Source: Cyanophora paradoxa CCMP329
Lineage: Eukaryota > Plantae > Glaucophyta
Assembly: GCA_004431415.1 (NCBI GenBank)
Contig: QPMI01000245.1
Coordinates: forward strand, 43,886-107,885
DNA: 64,000 bases
Reading direction: 5' to 3'
Shown here: positions 44,901 through 56,169 of the stretch, piece by piece
How positions within the stretch are numbered: the first letter of the stretch is position 1
How the letters are laid out: each line of letters starts with the position of its first letter
Made by a program: the position numbers and the translations under genes
Notes under the pieces: generated by a model
What the model was told of the DNA's origin: nothing
Database searches by the model: none
Seen by the model: only the letters and a program-made list of their open reading frames with translations

Positions 44901-47900
44901 CATGCGATTGGTCTGATCATGACGGCTTCGTTCGCTTCCAGTGCAATTCGCTGAGTCTTACAACATCCGACAACGTCCTCGCTCTTTGGGACCTGGACCG
45001 CGGAATAATGCTCCACCATATTCGTTTGGAGCAGAATACACGCATCATCGTGTCTGAGGTTCTCTTGCGTTAGCGCACACGCTTTGTTCGTCGAAAGCAT
45101 TGTAAAGTTCGCTTCAGGACTGTCGGAGGGTCGTGGAGCTTGAATGCAAATCGCTACCAGAGGGGATCATCAAGCGGACTGACGTAGAGCAACTTAATGC
45201 TCCTGCTCGCCTGCGAGTTCACAGTCTCGTGATCGATGCCGGACAGCTAAAGCTGACTCCGATTTCCGAGCACGCGATCCCTGGCGCTTTCGCGCCTATC
45301 GTCTACGCGACGGATCATCGACGGACTCATAATTATTCGATTGTCAAGCTCAGCAGGGTGCGAGGCATCGTTAGGTTTTGTTTTCACCGCGACTCATTTC
45401 ACGAAGCAGGACGGACGTCGAGCAATTACGCTGCATGTCGACAGGGGATCCGGATTTTGGTTCCTGACACTTTGGAATGCTGAGCAATGGACCGTCATTC
45501 GTCATATGGTCTGCCCTTCCGAAACGTTCGCAGACGACCGTGCAGACAACGGACAGCTTCAGTTCCTTACGTTATCCGAAGTGCGCCTGCACGTTGAATT
45601 TGCAATCGCTTACTTGCCTATGATCATGATTCAATCCAGCCACAGGACTTGTCGCGTGCTGTAACGATCAACAAAGACAGGCGATCCAGCCCTACCATCC
45701 ATCATGTTCCAACTAACCCCTCGTTCTGATTTTGAGCCGCTCAGAACTCTCAGCATGTGGGACCTCGCTGCCGGAGAGGAGGAGCATCGGCTGACGGGAC
45801 ACGAGGATGACGTTCGAGTGACCTTCTTCCTCCCGGTGGCCTATCCCCTTCTCTGCATTAAAATTTGCGAGTCTTTTGATCATGATGCCGCGCGTTCAGG
45901 GCGGCGCCTCCTTTGTGTCGGCGGGTGTGCAGGAGCTGCGGTTGTGGCCGTTGGTCCGCAGACGTCTCCGCCCTCGAGCCTCCTCTCGTGCCTCTCGAAG
46001 GGCACGCTTCCTCCGCCTCTCTGCGGTTCGCCCACCCTTGGAATACCGCTAGCGCTAGTGTGCTTATGAGCCCCGCGGACGTCGACCCTCTGCCATCTCC
46101 CAGGACGGTTCGCGGCTGCTGCATGCCACGGACACAAGTGCGAATCTTTGGAACACTGGTTCCGGGGCCTTCATCAAGGACATTCCTATGTTTGGCCTTT
46201 GCTCAGTCGATGCAAACGTGCGCAAGATTCATAGTATATGTACTAGTGCCAAGCGCTCTGTTCGTTAGCACAGCGCTGATCATGACGCCTGTATCGATGC
46301 AGGGACGCAAAGTAATTGCGATGCTGGCACGAGGGCACGCAGCTCTAGCAGAGTTGGAGTCACAGAAGTTCGAGTGGACTGCAGCGCTGGAAGGGTTGGA
46401 GCTAATGCCACTTGGGTCCCTCCGGACCCCTGCCATCGCGTCAGAGGTGACACCGATCCTCGACGATGTCTTGCTCGTCCCAATTTGTTTCCGCGATCAG
46501 GATGGCAAGAGGGCCATAATTCGAACGAGGGATGGTTCCACACTGGTTGATCTGCAGCAAGGAGTCCCCTTGCTTCTGCTCAGCATCGTTCCCTTCAAAA
46601 TCGTTGCCCCAGATGCAGACCTACTCAATCCGGTCTTTGTGGTGCGCCCTTGTGTGCAGTGCGCTCGTTGTGACAATGTAACGATGTGTCCAGGATTATT
46701 CACGTGCAATCGTCAACCTGGTGTGGTCAGGAGAGCAGGGCGGCGGCTATCGCTTTGCCTCCGCCGTCTTCGCGCTAGAAAAGCACACCACGATTCCAGG
46801 ACTGCCTTTTCAAATATGCCACATCGCGGCGATTCAACCTTTCTTGATTCTCGCTTCTCTGCCCGGCCCGGTTCGCCTCTTTCCTCCTACGTATACTCAT
46901 CTTCCTTTGACCCAAACCCCGTCTTAATGCCCCTACCCCAAGTGCCCTCTTGATACCGCCCGCCCTGCAGGACGGAGAACGGCTGCTCTGCTACAGCAGA
47001 AGCGGCCCGGTGGAGTCGAAGCAGTCCCAGCGGCGGCTCTGGCTGCAGGGCGCAGCCTCAGGGAAGGTGCTTGGGGAGGTAGAGTGGGATCCGAGAGGTC
47101 CCTACGACCCCAGCGCCGAGCTGGTTCGAGACGAGGTGCAGCTGCCGCCTGCTTCGCCCCGCGCGCCGCGTCTAACGCCCCGCAGCGTGGCGAGCGCAGC
47201 TCGCGATTCGTGCTGCTGAGGAGCTCGCGAGCGCTGTCGCTGAGCGGGACGATGATCTCGGATTGGGAGAAGGGCTGCCGCGTGCGGTCGAGCACGGCGC
47301 TGGTCGTGGCCGACGTGGAGCACGGCTGCGAGGCGGCCCTGCTCGCGTCGCCGGGCGAAGAACTCCTCCTTTCCGCCTGCGCCCGCCTCGCCCCTGGCGT
47401 GCGCCCCTCGCTCCCTCGAGCTCGCCCCCGTCCATGGCCAACCTCGCCCGACCCGCCGCCGGCAGGGGCAGCGCCTGCGTGTCGTGGCCTCGGGAAAGGG
47501 CTACATTTGCGTCTGGGACGTTGACCTGGCCGCCCTGCGGAGCAACCCGGTCGGGCCGCTGCCCGTGCGCCCTCCCCGCTTGCTGTCTGCTGGCGCGGCG
47601 GCGTCTGGCCGGCGAGCCCATGGCATGCGCAGGTGCTGTACCCCGCGCGGCGCATCGCGGACGTGAAGAGAGAGCTCTTCAACGGCTGCCTCGTGCGTCA
47701 ACGTCGCAGCGGCCTCTTCCCCGCCCCCTGCCCCTCCGTCCCACCGCCCGCCGCAGATCGACGGCCTGACGAGCTGCTCGCCGGAGATGCGGGCCCTGTT
47801 CCTCGAGAAGGGCGCCCGCGCGGCGCCGGAGACGGATCCGGGGGCGCAGGCGGAGGAGGCGGCGGACGCGCCCGTGCAGCTCGCCCTGCAGCCGTGGGCC

Positions 47901-47954
47901 GTCGTGGCGGAGCTCGAAAAGCAAGCCGGGGGCGCAGGCGATCGCGATGCGTAG
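38943..47954 (+). CDS. STAND (NACHT-like) NTPase with pentapeptide repeats and WD40-like C-terminus, multi-exon; the 5' part could be a separate gene
   Basis: LLIAGEPGSSKST (Walker A), VLLLLDAYDEL (Walker B), VIVTCR, LTENPFTL, RFLHK, ASANAMTILNR followed by LRGVRMPGADL...ADLRGADL, WDLAAGEEEHRLTGHEDDV, and terminal IDGLTSCSPEMRALFLEKGA. Confidence 0.75.
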
Positions 47955-48096
47955 CCCTCGCGCTCCCCCGGCCGCAGGCAGCATGCTGCTGTGCGCTGCG
48001 GTGTAAATACTATTCCGATGGGAAAACCTGTGAGGCTTAGATCAGGAGTCGGGTGTTGATATGCGCGCGCCACGCATGCCATAGCGGGGCTACGTA

Positions 48097-49390
48097 TGCG
48101 CGCAGGCCTCGTGCCGGCGCATGTTCGAGCAGATCAACGCAACCTTCGACCGCGGTGCGCCCGCCCCGCGGCCCCGCCGCCGGGCCTCGCTCACGCGCGG
48201 GCGCACCCGCGCGCAGGGATGGACGAGCGGATCCAGAAGCCGTTCGCCGAGTACTTCCAGAACGCCACCGCCAACCTCTCCCAGGCCCGCCCCGCCCCGC
48301 CCCGCCCCGGGCGCCCCGCTATGAGCTGAGCGGGGGCGGCAGGCGTCGAGCGCGCTCTCGGGGGTCGCGCAGACGGTCACCGCGTCGGTCGCCGAGCAGC
48401 AGCGCGCCCTCGCCGCCGCCCTCGCCCGCCTCGCCGCCGCCCCGCCCCGGCCCCGGCCACGGCCCCGGCCCCGGCCCCGAGGCCTCCCTCCCGCCCTCCG
48501 TGCAGGCGCTCCTCGGGCGGCCGGCGCGGTGCCGATGCCTGGCCCGCCGCCGCCGCCGCCGCCGATGCCGCCGGGGCGGCGGGGCCCGGGTCGTGGGGCG
48601 GGAGGGCCCGCGGGAGACGATCGCGCGGCTGGCGCGCGAGGAGCGCTTCGAGGCCGCCTTCAACGCCGTCCGCCCCGCCCGCCCGCCGCCTCGGCTTGCC
48701 TCGCCTCCGCTCGCGGCTGAGGCGGGGCGGGGCGGGCAGGCGCTCTCGGCGGGGGACGTCGAGCTCGTCGCGTGGCTCTGCGCCCTCGTCCCGTCGACCG
48801 CGTCTTCGCCCCGGCGCCCCGCCCTCGTCCGCCCCGCCCCGCCCCCGCCCGCCCCGCCGCCCGCGGCCGACGCGCGGGGCAGAGCCAGGCGGTGCTGGTG
48901 ACGCTGATCCAGCACCTGGGGTTCGACCTGAGCCGGGACACGGCGGCGAAGCTGCGCTGGATCCAGGCCTCGTGCCTCGCCCTCAACCCCGCCGTGCGGC
49001 CCCGGCCCCGGCCCCGCCCCTCGGGAAGGGCGGGCTGGAGCGCGGGGCGCAGCGGCAGGAGCGGTGGTGCGGGAGGTGGTGCCCGCGTCCTCGGCCAGCT
49101 CCACGCCCACCTCCAGGCCCGCCCCGCCCCTTCCGGCCCGTCCCCGCCCTCTCACGCCGGGCCGGGCGGGCGGCAGGCGGTGCAGCGGTCGTACGTGGCG
49201 GCCCCCGGCGACCTCAGCGCCGCCAGCACCCTCTCCAGCTGCAGGCCCGCCCCGCCCCTCCTCCTCCTCCTCTCGCCCTCCTCGCCCCCCCCCCCCCCCC
49301 CCGCCCCGCCCCCGATCTGGAGCTGACGCCGGGCGCGCGCAGCTTCGCATGGTGACGCACCTCGTGCACTCGCTCCTCAGCGGCCAGTAG
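48097..49390 (+). pseudogene. EDC4: Duplicated 3' fragment of EDC4 (copy of about 37279-38567, introns retained)
   Basis: Near-identical exons and introns with several single-base deletions and substitutions; no 5' exons. Confidence 0.85.
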
Positions 49391-50815
49391 CCGCCGCTAG
49401 CCGGCCGGCCGGCCGGCCCGGCGGCCGGCGGCGACGTCAACGACTCGACGTCGCGCCGACCCGCACGGCGGACTCCCGGCCCCGTGGCTCAGGTAACGGT
49501 ACCCTTATTGCCGAGTCAGGGGTACCCTAGGCCTAGTATGCAAGTCTTGTACCGCGGACCGTTAGTTGGACGGTCGCGTCACGACTCGCGTGACCGTCGG
49601 CCCTGGCGCCGGGCGGCCCGGGCCGGCCGTTGTCGCGATCGCGCCGCGGCGCGCCGCGCGCACGCATTTTACTGTAACTTAGTAAAAGTACAGTAAAACA
49701 CGAAATCTCCCGGAGTCTGGCCGACTCCGGGAGTCCGGGCCCCCGGGCCCGGGGATCCGGCGGATGTCCGACGGACTCCGACCGTGACTCCGACGCCGGA
49801 CTGTGACAGTCGCTGACTCGCTGGCAGACCTGCCAATCATTGAATGTCGCTTAAGCTTCATCGACGAACTTTTTTTAGCAATCGCTTTCACGGAAAAAAA
49901 TCAAATCCGCAAGCGTTAACGTCGACGTCATAAATTATATACCCGGCCGGTCGCGGCGCCTCTTATGCTGTCTTAGCCCGAGCTTGGCGGCCTTGCCAAA
50001 AATAGTTGGCCTCGCCAACTCGACGCCGACGTCGCCGAGTCGTACTAGTACTGTAGAACTAGTTAATTTAGTGCAGGAAAATAATTAGCCTAGTAGTACT
50101 TCGCCAAAAATGTCATGACTCATGATCACTTTAGCAGCTGCAGTTGGTAAATCTTTAGTAGGTCAGTTTTCGCGGGTCTTTTGTATGGCGGAGATGGGGC
50201 TACCCCTACAAATTCTCGGCTTTAGCAGGCGGAAAATATTTAGTAGATCGCCCAAACACTTTTAGTACTATAAATATGCAGCCCACTAAATATTGCCGCA
50301 TGCGCAGTACTGCACAGTACTGCGCAGTGCGGCGCGCATGCGCAGCTGCAGCCTGCGCGCAGCCTGCAGGCTGCAGCCTGCAGCCTGCAGGCCTAGCTAT
50401 CATAGTATATAGCCATAATAGCCTAGTAGGCTAACGATCATCGGATGCAGCTGCGGCAGCGCCGGCAGGCGGCGGCACTAGTACTGCGGCAGCTGCAGGC
50501 TGCAGCATGCCGCAGTGCAGGCTGTGCCACGGTGATGCAGCCTGCATGCGCAGCCTACGAGTACTAGGCTATATATAGCTATTGCCAGCTGCAGGCTCCA
50601 CTGCCGCTCCACTGGGCCAGTCGCTGAGCGGCGGAGTACAGCCTCGTCCGGCAGTGTCCCGCACTGGTCCAGGCTAACCGTCCAGCAGCCTGGCAGCTGC
50701 AGCTTTAAAAATTTAGCTTCCGAAGTTCAGTCCGCGGGGGTCCCTGGGCCGTGGCCCGCATTCGGCTGTACGTGTAGTACGCGTACGTATACGCGTTACC
50801 GTATCTATTAGCGCG

Positions 50816-53345
50816 ATGGGCCGCCCCTCGAACTCGCCGGCGCTGCTGGTCGCCCTCGCTGCCGCCGTGCTCCTCGCCAGCTGCCTCCCCGGTACCGCCC
50901 GCACCCGCCCCGCCCCAGCCCTGATCATGACTTGTTTGCACACCGACTGATCACGGCTTGCGCCCGCCCGCGCCCGCCCGCGCCCGCGCAGGGGTCGGGG
51001 CGCTCTCGGACCGCCTGCTGCCGGGCATCCGCTCGCTGCCGGCCGGGAGCGGCTGGAACGACCTCGCCCAGGGGAACCATAGCTTCTGCTTGGGGAACTT
51101 CACGACCCTTGCCGCCGCTGAAGGCGAGCCGCGTCCGCGCGTTGCGATGGCTCGTCGCTCGTCCTAAATTTAGAGCTTGAGAGCTCTAGATCTCGATTAA
51201 TTATAATATTGATGATGAGCGCCCCCACGCATGTGCAGGAGGAACTGGCACTGGAGCTAACTTTGGGGATGGCATCCAAAGTGCGTATACACTGCAGCTG
51301 ACAGTTTCTCGCTATTGAGCGAGATGCGCATGCATCCGCTCTCACTGTATATGTGTTTGTGTTTGATCGGGGGTGTTTGGGATCAGGTCTCTATTACTCC
51401 GAGTTTGATGGTCCGCTTTTTGCATCTTATAATACATGATCTATAGCTAGCTATAGATCTAACTCAATACATTAATATTCTAGGCGTACGCGTGCGCATG
51501 CCATGATGCGCGGTTTTCGATAAAAGTACAGTTCTTAATCAGATCAGAAGGGGACACACATGAACATGCATGCGCGCGCAGGCTACCTCTACGTCGGCTA
51601 CAAGAAGGGCATCTTCCGCGTGAACTCATCGTGCTCGTCGGAGCTCGTCGCAGGGCAGGGGCCCACTTCCATCAACACGATGCTGCATGCCGGCGAAACA
51701 GCGGACGCGAAGTCCATTTATTTCGCGTGAGCCAAGCATGATTTCCGGAATAATAATCCATGCTCGCATTATTAATATTCTTCAACGACGAGCACTGATA
51801 CGCGAGAAACGCCGCCCTTCGGCAGAGGCGTGACCGGGCTGCACGCGAACTCGAGCGGGGGCCTCTTCTGGATGGATCCGGGCGAGGGCACGGGGCCCTC
51901 GGCCATCGGCTACCTCAACTTCATGACCTCGAACATCACGGTCCTGTGGACCACCGCCTCGCACGGCCAGTGCCCGTCCGCGTACGATGCGGCTGCTTGC
52001 GCCGGGACGGTGTACAGCACGGGGGCGGCATCCGGCGGCACGGCCGGCAACTCCGGGTCGATGGCCGTACACGATGGCAAGGTCTATGTGGTCGCGAAGC
52101 GCGTCCCGAAGTCGAGTTACTGCGGTCCGTGCATCGACAAGAGGCGCCGGGCCCTCCATCAAGTCACGGACGGCGAGGCCGGGGCGTACAGCATCGTCCT
52201 CTTCACCGTCCCAGCGGCAGGTGCCGACGGCCCTTCCGGATCCAAGCGCAATCGCGAGGCTCGCTCTGCAATAGGCCATGGATATATATAACATAGCGAA
52301 AGATCGATATCGATCGATAATCCCATGACGCGCTCCGCATTCGATCAGGGGGCGCCGCGACGTTCGTTGCGGCCTTCACGAAGACGGCGGGGGCGGCCGA
52401 CTACATTCTGCGCCCCAGCTCGCTCGCTGTCGAGGCGGTCGGCTCGGCGGTCCACGTCTACGCCGGCGTCCGGGGGAAGCTCGTCGCGGCTCCGGCGACT
52501 GAGGCGCCGGTCGTGATGCCGCCAATTATCCTCCCGCCGATCATGGGCCCGACAAAGCGGAGAAGCCTCCTGGCGACCGGCGACGAGCTCCCCTCGCGCA
52601 TCGTCAAGGTGCATGCGCATGCAGCTGCAATATTAATGAGTGTTGAAGCAGGGCCCGGGGCCCGCCGGCGCTAGCCGGGGCGTCCTCGAATTCCATTAAC
52701 GTTTAATTAAAATTCTATAATTATATCACACTCGCCGCGAAGTCTTGGGCGTGCGTGCACGTGCGTTCTGCTGAACGTTTCCGGCGGCCGGGGCGCCGGC
52801 AGGTTGTCATTACATCCTCCTCGACGACCGTGACCAACTTTACGACGACCGACTCCGTCATAGCGGTCACGCCGCGCTACATCAACGGGCTCGCCATCGT
52901 CAAGACCAAGTGCGCCCGAGATCGTGATTACAATGCATTATATATAATTATCATTATAATTATCTCCATCGCTATGGCCAGTCGCTTACATTTCTGCTTC
53001 ACAGTCACGGTCCTTGGCGCCTCGTTGCCCAGATCCAGGAGTCGGATACGACCAGGTACATCGCCTCGTACGACTCCACCGGCACCGAAATGACCGGCGA
53101 GAGGATCACGTCCGTTTCCGAGTGCGTCGCAGTTCGCAAGCGGATTTGCGCGCGCATTATTTCGAGCGTATTTCAATGGACTGATCCATCGCAATATTCT
53201 CTCCAGCCCCGACGTGCAGAATTCGGAAACGCTTTTGCCCTTTTCCGGGCTCGCGCAGACCGGCACGCGTGACTACCCGATCTTTTACTCCGCGTGGGGG
53301 AAAGCGAAGGGGGACGGCACGTACAAGGCCGCCTACGACACATAG
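50816..53345 (+). CDS. Secreted/surface protein of unknown function, multi-exon, interrupted by the AT-rich insertion
   Basis: Signal peptide MGRPSNSPALLVALAAAVLLASCLPG; GC-rich exons with AT-richer introns; the last exon TGTRDYPIFYSAWGKAKGDGTYKAAYD runs into the element terminus. Confidence 0.6.
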
Positions 53346-53620
53346 TAAAATGCGGAGTTTTAACCCTCGGCTTATCATAATTGATTTTGTTGATATATCT
53401 CGTATATTCTATTTCAATCAATCGATAATCTGTGTATATCTTATCGAATATTCAATTATTTCGATTATTTTGTATTCTTTTCGATATTTTATCGTAAATT
53501 TCTCTTATTTTCCGATTAGTCTTACTGAGTTAATCGATAATCTGTATATATTTCCGAATAATATAACTGAATCTCAATTATATCTTGCCTCTGGTTAAAA
53601 CTCCGCATTTTACTATGTGT
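53338..53620. repeat. 28-bp perfect inverted repeat at the element terminus
   Basis: acacatagtaaaatgcggagttttaacc (53338-53365) and its reverse complement (53593-53620). Confidence 0.9.
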
Positions 53621-53872
53621 GATTGGTCTAAAAGTTAATTGATTTAATCGATATTATATTCATGTACTTTCTCGATTAAATTTAATTAAATTTAAATTCA
53701 TTTAATCGGAAATATATCGCTTAACTCGATTAAGATCCATATTAGATTCATTTGTTTATATTAACAAATCGATCTCTTATTGAATTCAATCGTAATTATA
53801 CATGAAACTTATATGATTTTATCATTGTTTTGTTGAGTCTAAGGGGGACCTTAGGTTTTTTGAAATAATTGG

Positions 53873-54148
53873 GTGTCACAGGTGTCACAGGTCCATCCCA
53901 AACTTTTGAAAATTCATTCTTTATAGGAGAAACTTTGGGATAAACCTGTGACACCTGTGACACATACCATATTTAGTAAGGATCTCTTTTATAATGAAAA
54001 ACTCAGTAATAATCTTATCTATGTATTTCTAATTAAATGAATAAATGATTTAATCGAGTGTCACAGGTGTCACAGGTCCATCCCAAACTTTTGAAAATTC
54101 ACTCTTTATAGGAGAAACTTTGGGATAAACCTGTGACACCTGTGACAC
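53873..54148. repeat. Two direct copies of a 91-bp palindromic unit (putative replication origin)
   Basis: gtgtcacaggtgtcacaggt...AT-rich core...acctgtgacacctgtgacac at 53873-53963 and 54058-54148. Confidence 0.85.
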
Positions 54149-54590
54149 ATACCATATTCAGTAAGGACCTCTTATATTGTGAAAATCTCAGTGTTAGTTG
54201 GTGTAGTTGATTCAAAAAATGCATTTTATACTCTGATTCATTGTTATTTCCTGTGAAATTTGAGTCAACTCAACCCACTTAGTCAACCCTTGCATTGAAT
54301 TCGTAACAAAATCCATATACTATTACTACTTTTACGATTAATATGAGTCAACCTTGAGTCCACTTTAATTATAGGGGGAATCTTGGGCAGATGCTGAGGT
54401 TTTAGTGTAAGGAAATCGAACATTATTCTAATTATTTGACATTGCTTAATGTAGGGTGCATTCATATTTCGGCTACATCATACAGTAGAATTTCTATCGT
54501 AAAGAATGACCGGAATCCGGAAAATAATCATTGTAGAAAGCTTTTGTAATAAAAAAGGTAAATTACCCTGATTATCATTATATAAACCTA

Positions 54591-54989
54591 TCAAAACGGG
54601 AATCTATCATGTTTATGTCTCTCAGTCTTCTCAAATGTGAGGAAATTCATTGTTTTATCGATCTCATCTGCAACTGCTTGTGTTTTATGCTGAGCTTCTT
54701 TACCACAACTGAATATATCAATTGCTAACATGCCTTCATTGGAATAACAATGAGCTGTACAATGGCTTTCATCTAATAGCAGAACCAATGCAAAACCAGG
54801 AGGTGATAGTTTCCCATCAAATATCTCACAGTGTTTATGAACAATCCTAATACCTTGTCTCAATATTGCTTGTTCAAGGGTTCTCATAATCCAATTACCA
54901 AGAAAGCTAACATGCTCATAACCTGTTGCTATAGCTGTTTTAGCCTTGTAATCAAGCATTACATGAAAGCCTCTGTATTTAGTCTCCAT
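54591..54989 (-). CDS. speD: Pyruvoyl-dependent S-adenosylmethionine decarboxylase family proenzyme (prokaryotic class 1B type)
   Basis: GFHVMLD...SPPGFALVLLLDESHCTAHCYSNEGMLAIDIFSCG; E-SH self-cleavage motif. Confidence 0.88.
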   Translation of the reverse strand: METKYRGFHVMLDYKAKTAIATGYEHVSFLGNWIMRTLEQAILRQGIRIVHKHCEIFDGKLSPPGFALVLLLDESHCTAHCYSNEGMLAIDIFSCGKEAQHKTQAVADEIDKTMNFLTFEKTERHKHDRFPF

Positions 54990-55018
54990 TAAGAATACCT
55001 TAGAAAAATTAATTAATC

Positions 55019-55291
55019 CTAATCGAACCTAATGCAAATATCCCTGTACTCTACTTTGATTGATGAAGTAGCCCTTTTCCTGTAAGCCTGAGAATGCTTT
55101 TTGTTGCATTCCCTACAACCTGATCCCTTCACATGATTAAAGGGATATGTAAGGATCACCTTGTTACACTGCAAACATCTAACAGATACTTTCTCTTGAG
55201 CTTTGATGTAATGTGTCTCACTGTAATCGAATTTATCTTTACCATGAACTGTCATAGCAGCATCAATAAACTTTTTTGTTTTACTATCCAT
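55019..55291 (-). CDS. Viral zinc-ribbon protein (DUF723-like)
   Basis: KFIDAAMTVHGKDKFDYSETHYIKAQEKVSVRCLQC...PFNHVKGSGCREC. Confidence 0.75.
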   Translation of the reverse strand: MDSKTKKFIDAAMTVHGKDKFDYSETHYIKAQEKVSVRCLQCNKVILTYPFNHVKGSGCRECNKKHSQAYRKRATSSIKVEYRDICIRFD

Positions 55292-55313
55292 ACTCTATAT
55301 ATAACCAATATTC

Positions 55314-56146
55314 TTATGGAGCAGTATCCTGCCCAAAAATGGGGAAATATCGATTTGTCCCATAGTATTCAGCATAGGTATTCTGCTTTGCAATAAAATC
55401 GGTTCTCTCTGCAAACATCACACACTTGTAGATACCAAACTTGGTGGCTCTCACTAAGAACTGATAGTCTTCCAAACCGAAATTGACTCCATGATAAGCA
55501 ATTCCGAAATTATCATATGGGGTGATCACTACTGCAAAGTTGGGAGTTCCACCTTCAACTTGGCATACAGCATAAACATCTGGTGGGATATCCACAACAA
55601 CCTTGTAGTGATCACCAATCTCAACAAGAGAGTCTACTACTGCTGTTTGTTCATTCACAACAATGGGGAATATCTTGATTATATAGGGGCATTCATGCTG
55701 GGGACATAGGTTCGAATTCTTGTGTTGGGATCAATGGGATTGGGTTGATCATTCACAAATAAAGGCGCTCCAACAGCCCCACCAACCCTAAGACCATCAC
55801 CAATATAAGCTCCCCCCGATTTGCAGTTAATAGCTCCCGACCTAGATTCAAAAGAATAAGTAGACAGAGGATCTCCATAGCTATCTGGGTCTCCATAATG
55901 AGCAGAAAAGTTTGCATTTGTGACAAGTAGCTTAGTTGTCTTAACTATTCCATTATTTTTATCACATCTGAGTTCCTGTAATCTCAGCTTGTGGGTGGAA
56001 CCAAATGTATTCATTGTAGGTTGGACCTCTGTGGATTGGAGACCCTCAACATCATCAAAAGTAGCATGCTGCAGAACATGGTTTGCTGGTGCAGCTAATG
56101 AAAGCTGAGGTGTAATAATTCGTTCAAGTGGGGGTTGCTCAGCCAT
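55314..56146 (-). CDS. Putative virion fibre-type protein, split by one frameshift near 55680; paralog of 56170-57015
   Basis: ORFs 55679..56146 and 55314..55658 align in order with the N- and C-terminal halves of the neighbouring gene. Confidence 0.6.
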
Positions 56147-56169
56147 TTTACATTAAAGGGATATATCTT

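Noticed and set aside
48097-49390. Retrocopy of EDC4
   Set aside because: Introns are retained, so the duplication was DNA-level
13259-49440. Many long Arg/Pro/Gly/Ala-rich ORFs in the six-frame track
   Set aside because: They are stop-poor shadow frames and intron read-through in very GC-rich DNA; the real genes are spliced
53338-53620. Stand-alone MITE
   Set aside because: No target-site duplication, and host sequence does not resume after the right arm; kept only as an alternative explanation
54283-54465. 60-aa ORF near the element terminus
   Set aside because: Short, has no motif and lies in the repeat-rich terminal region
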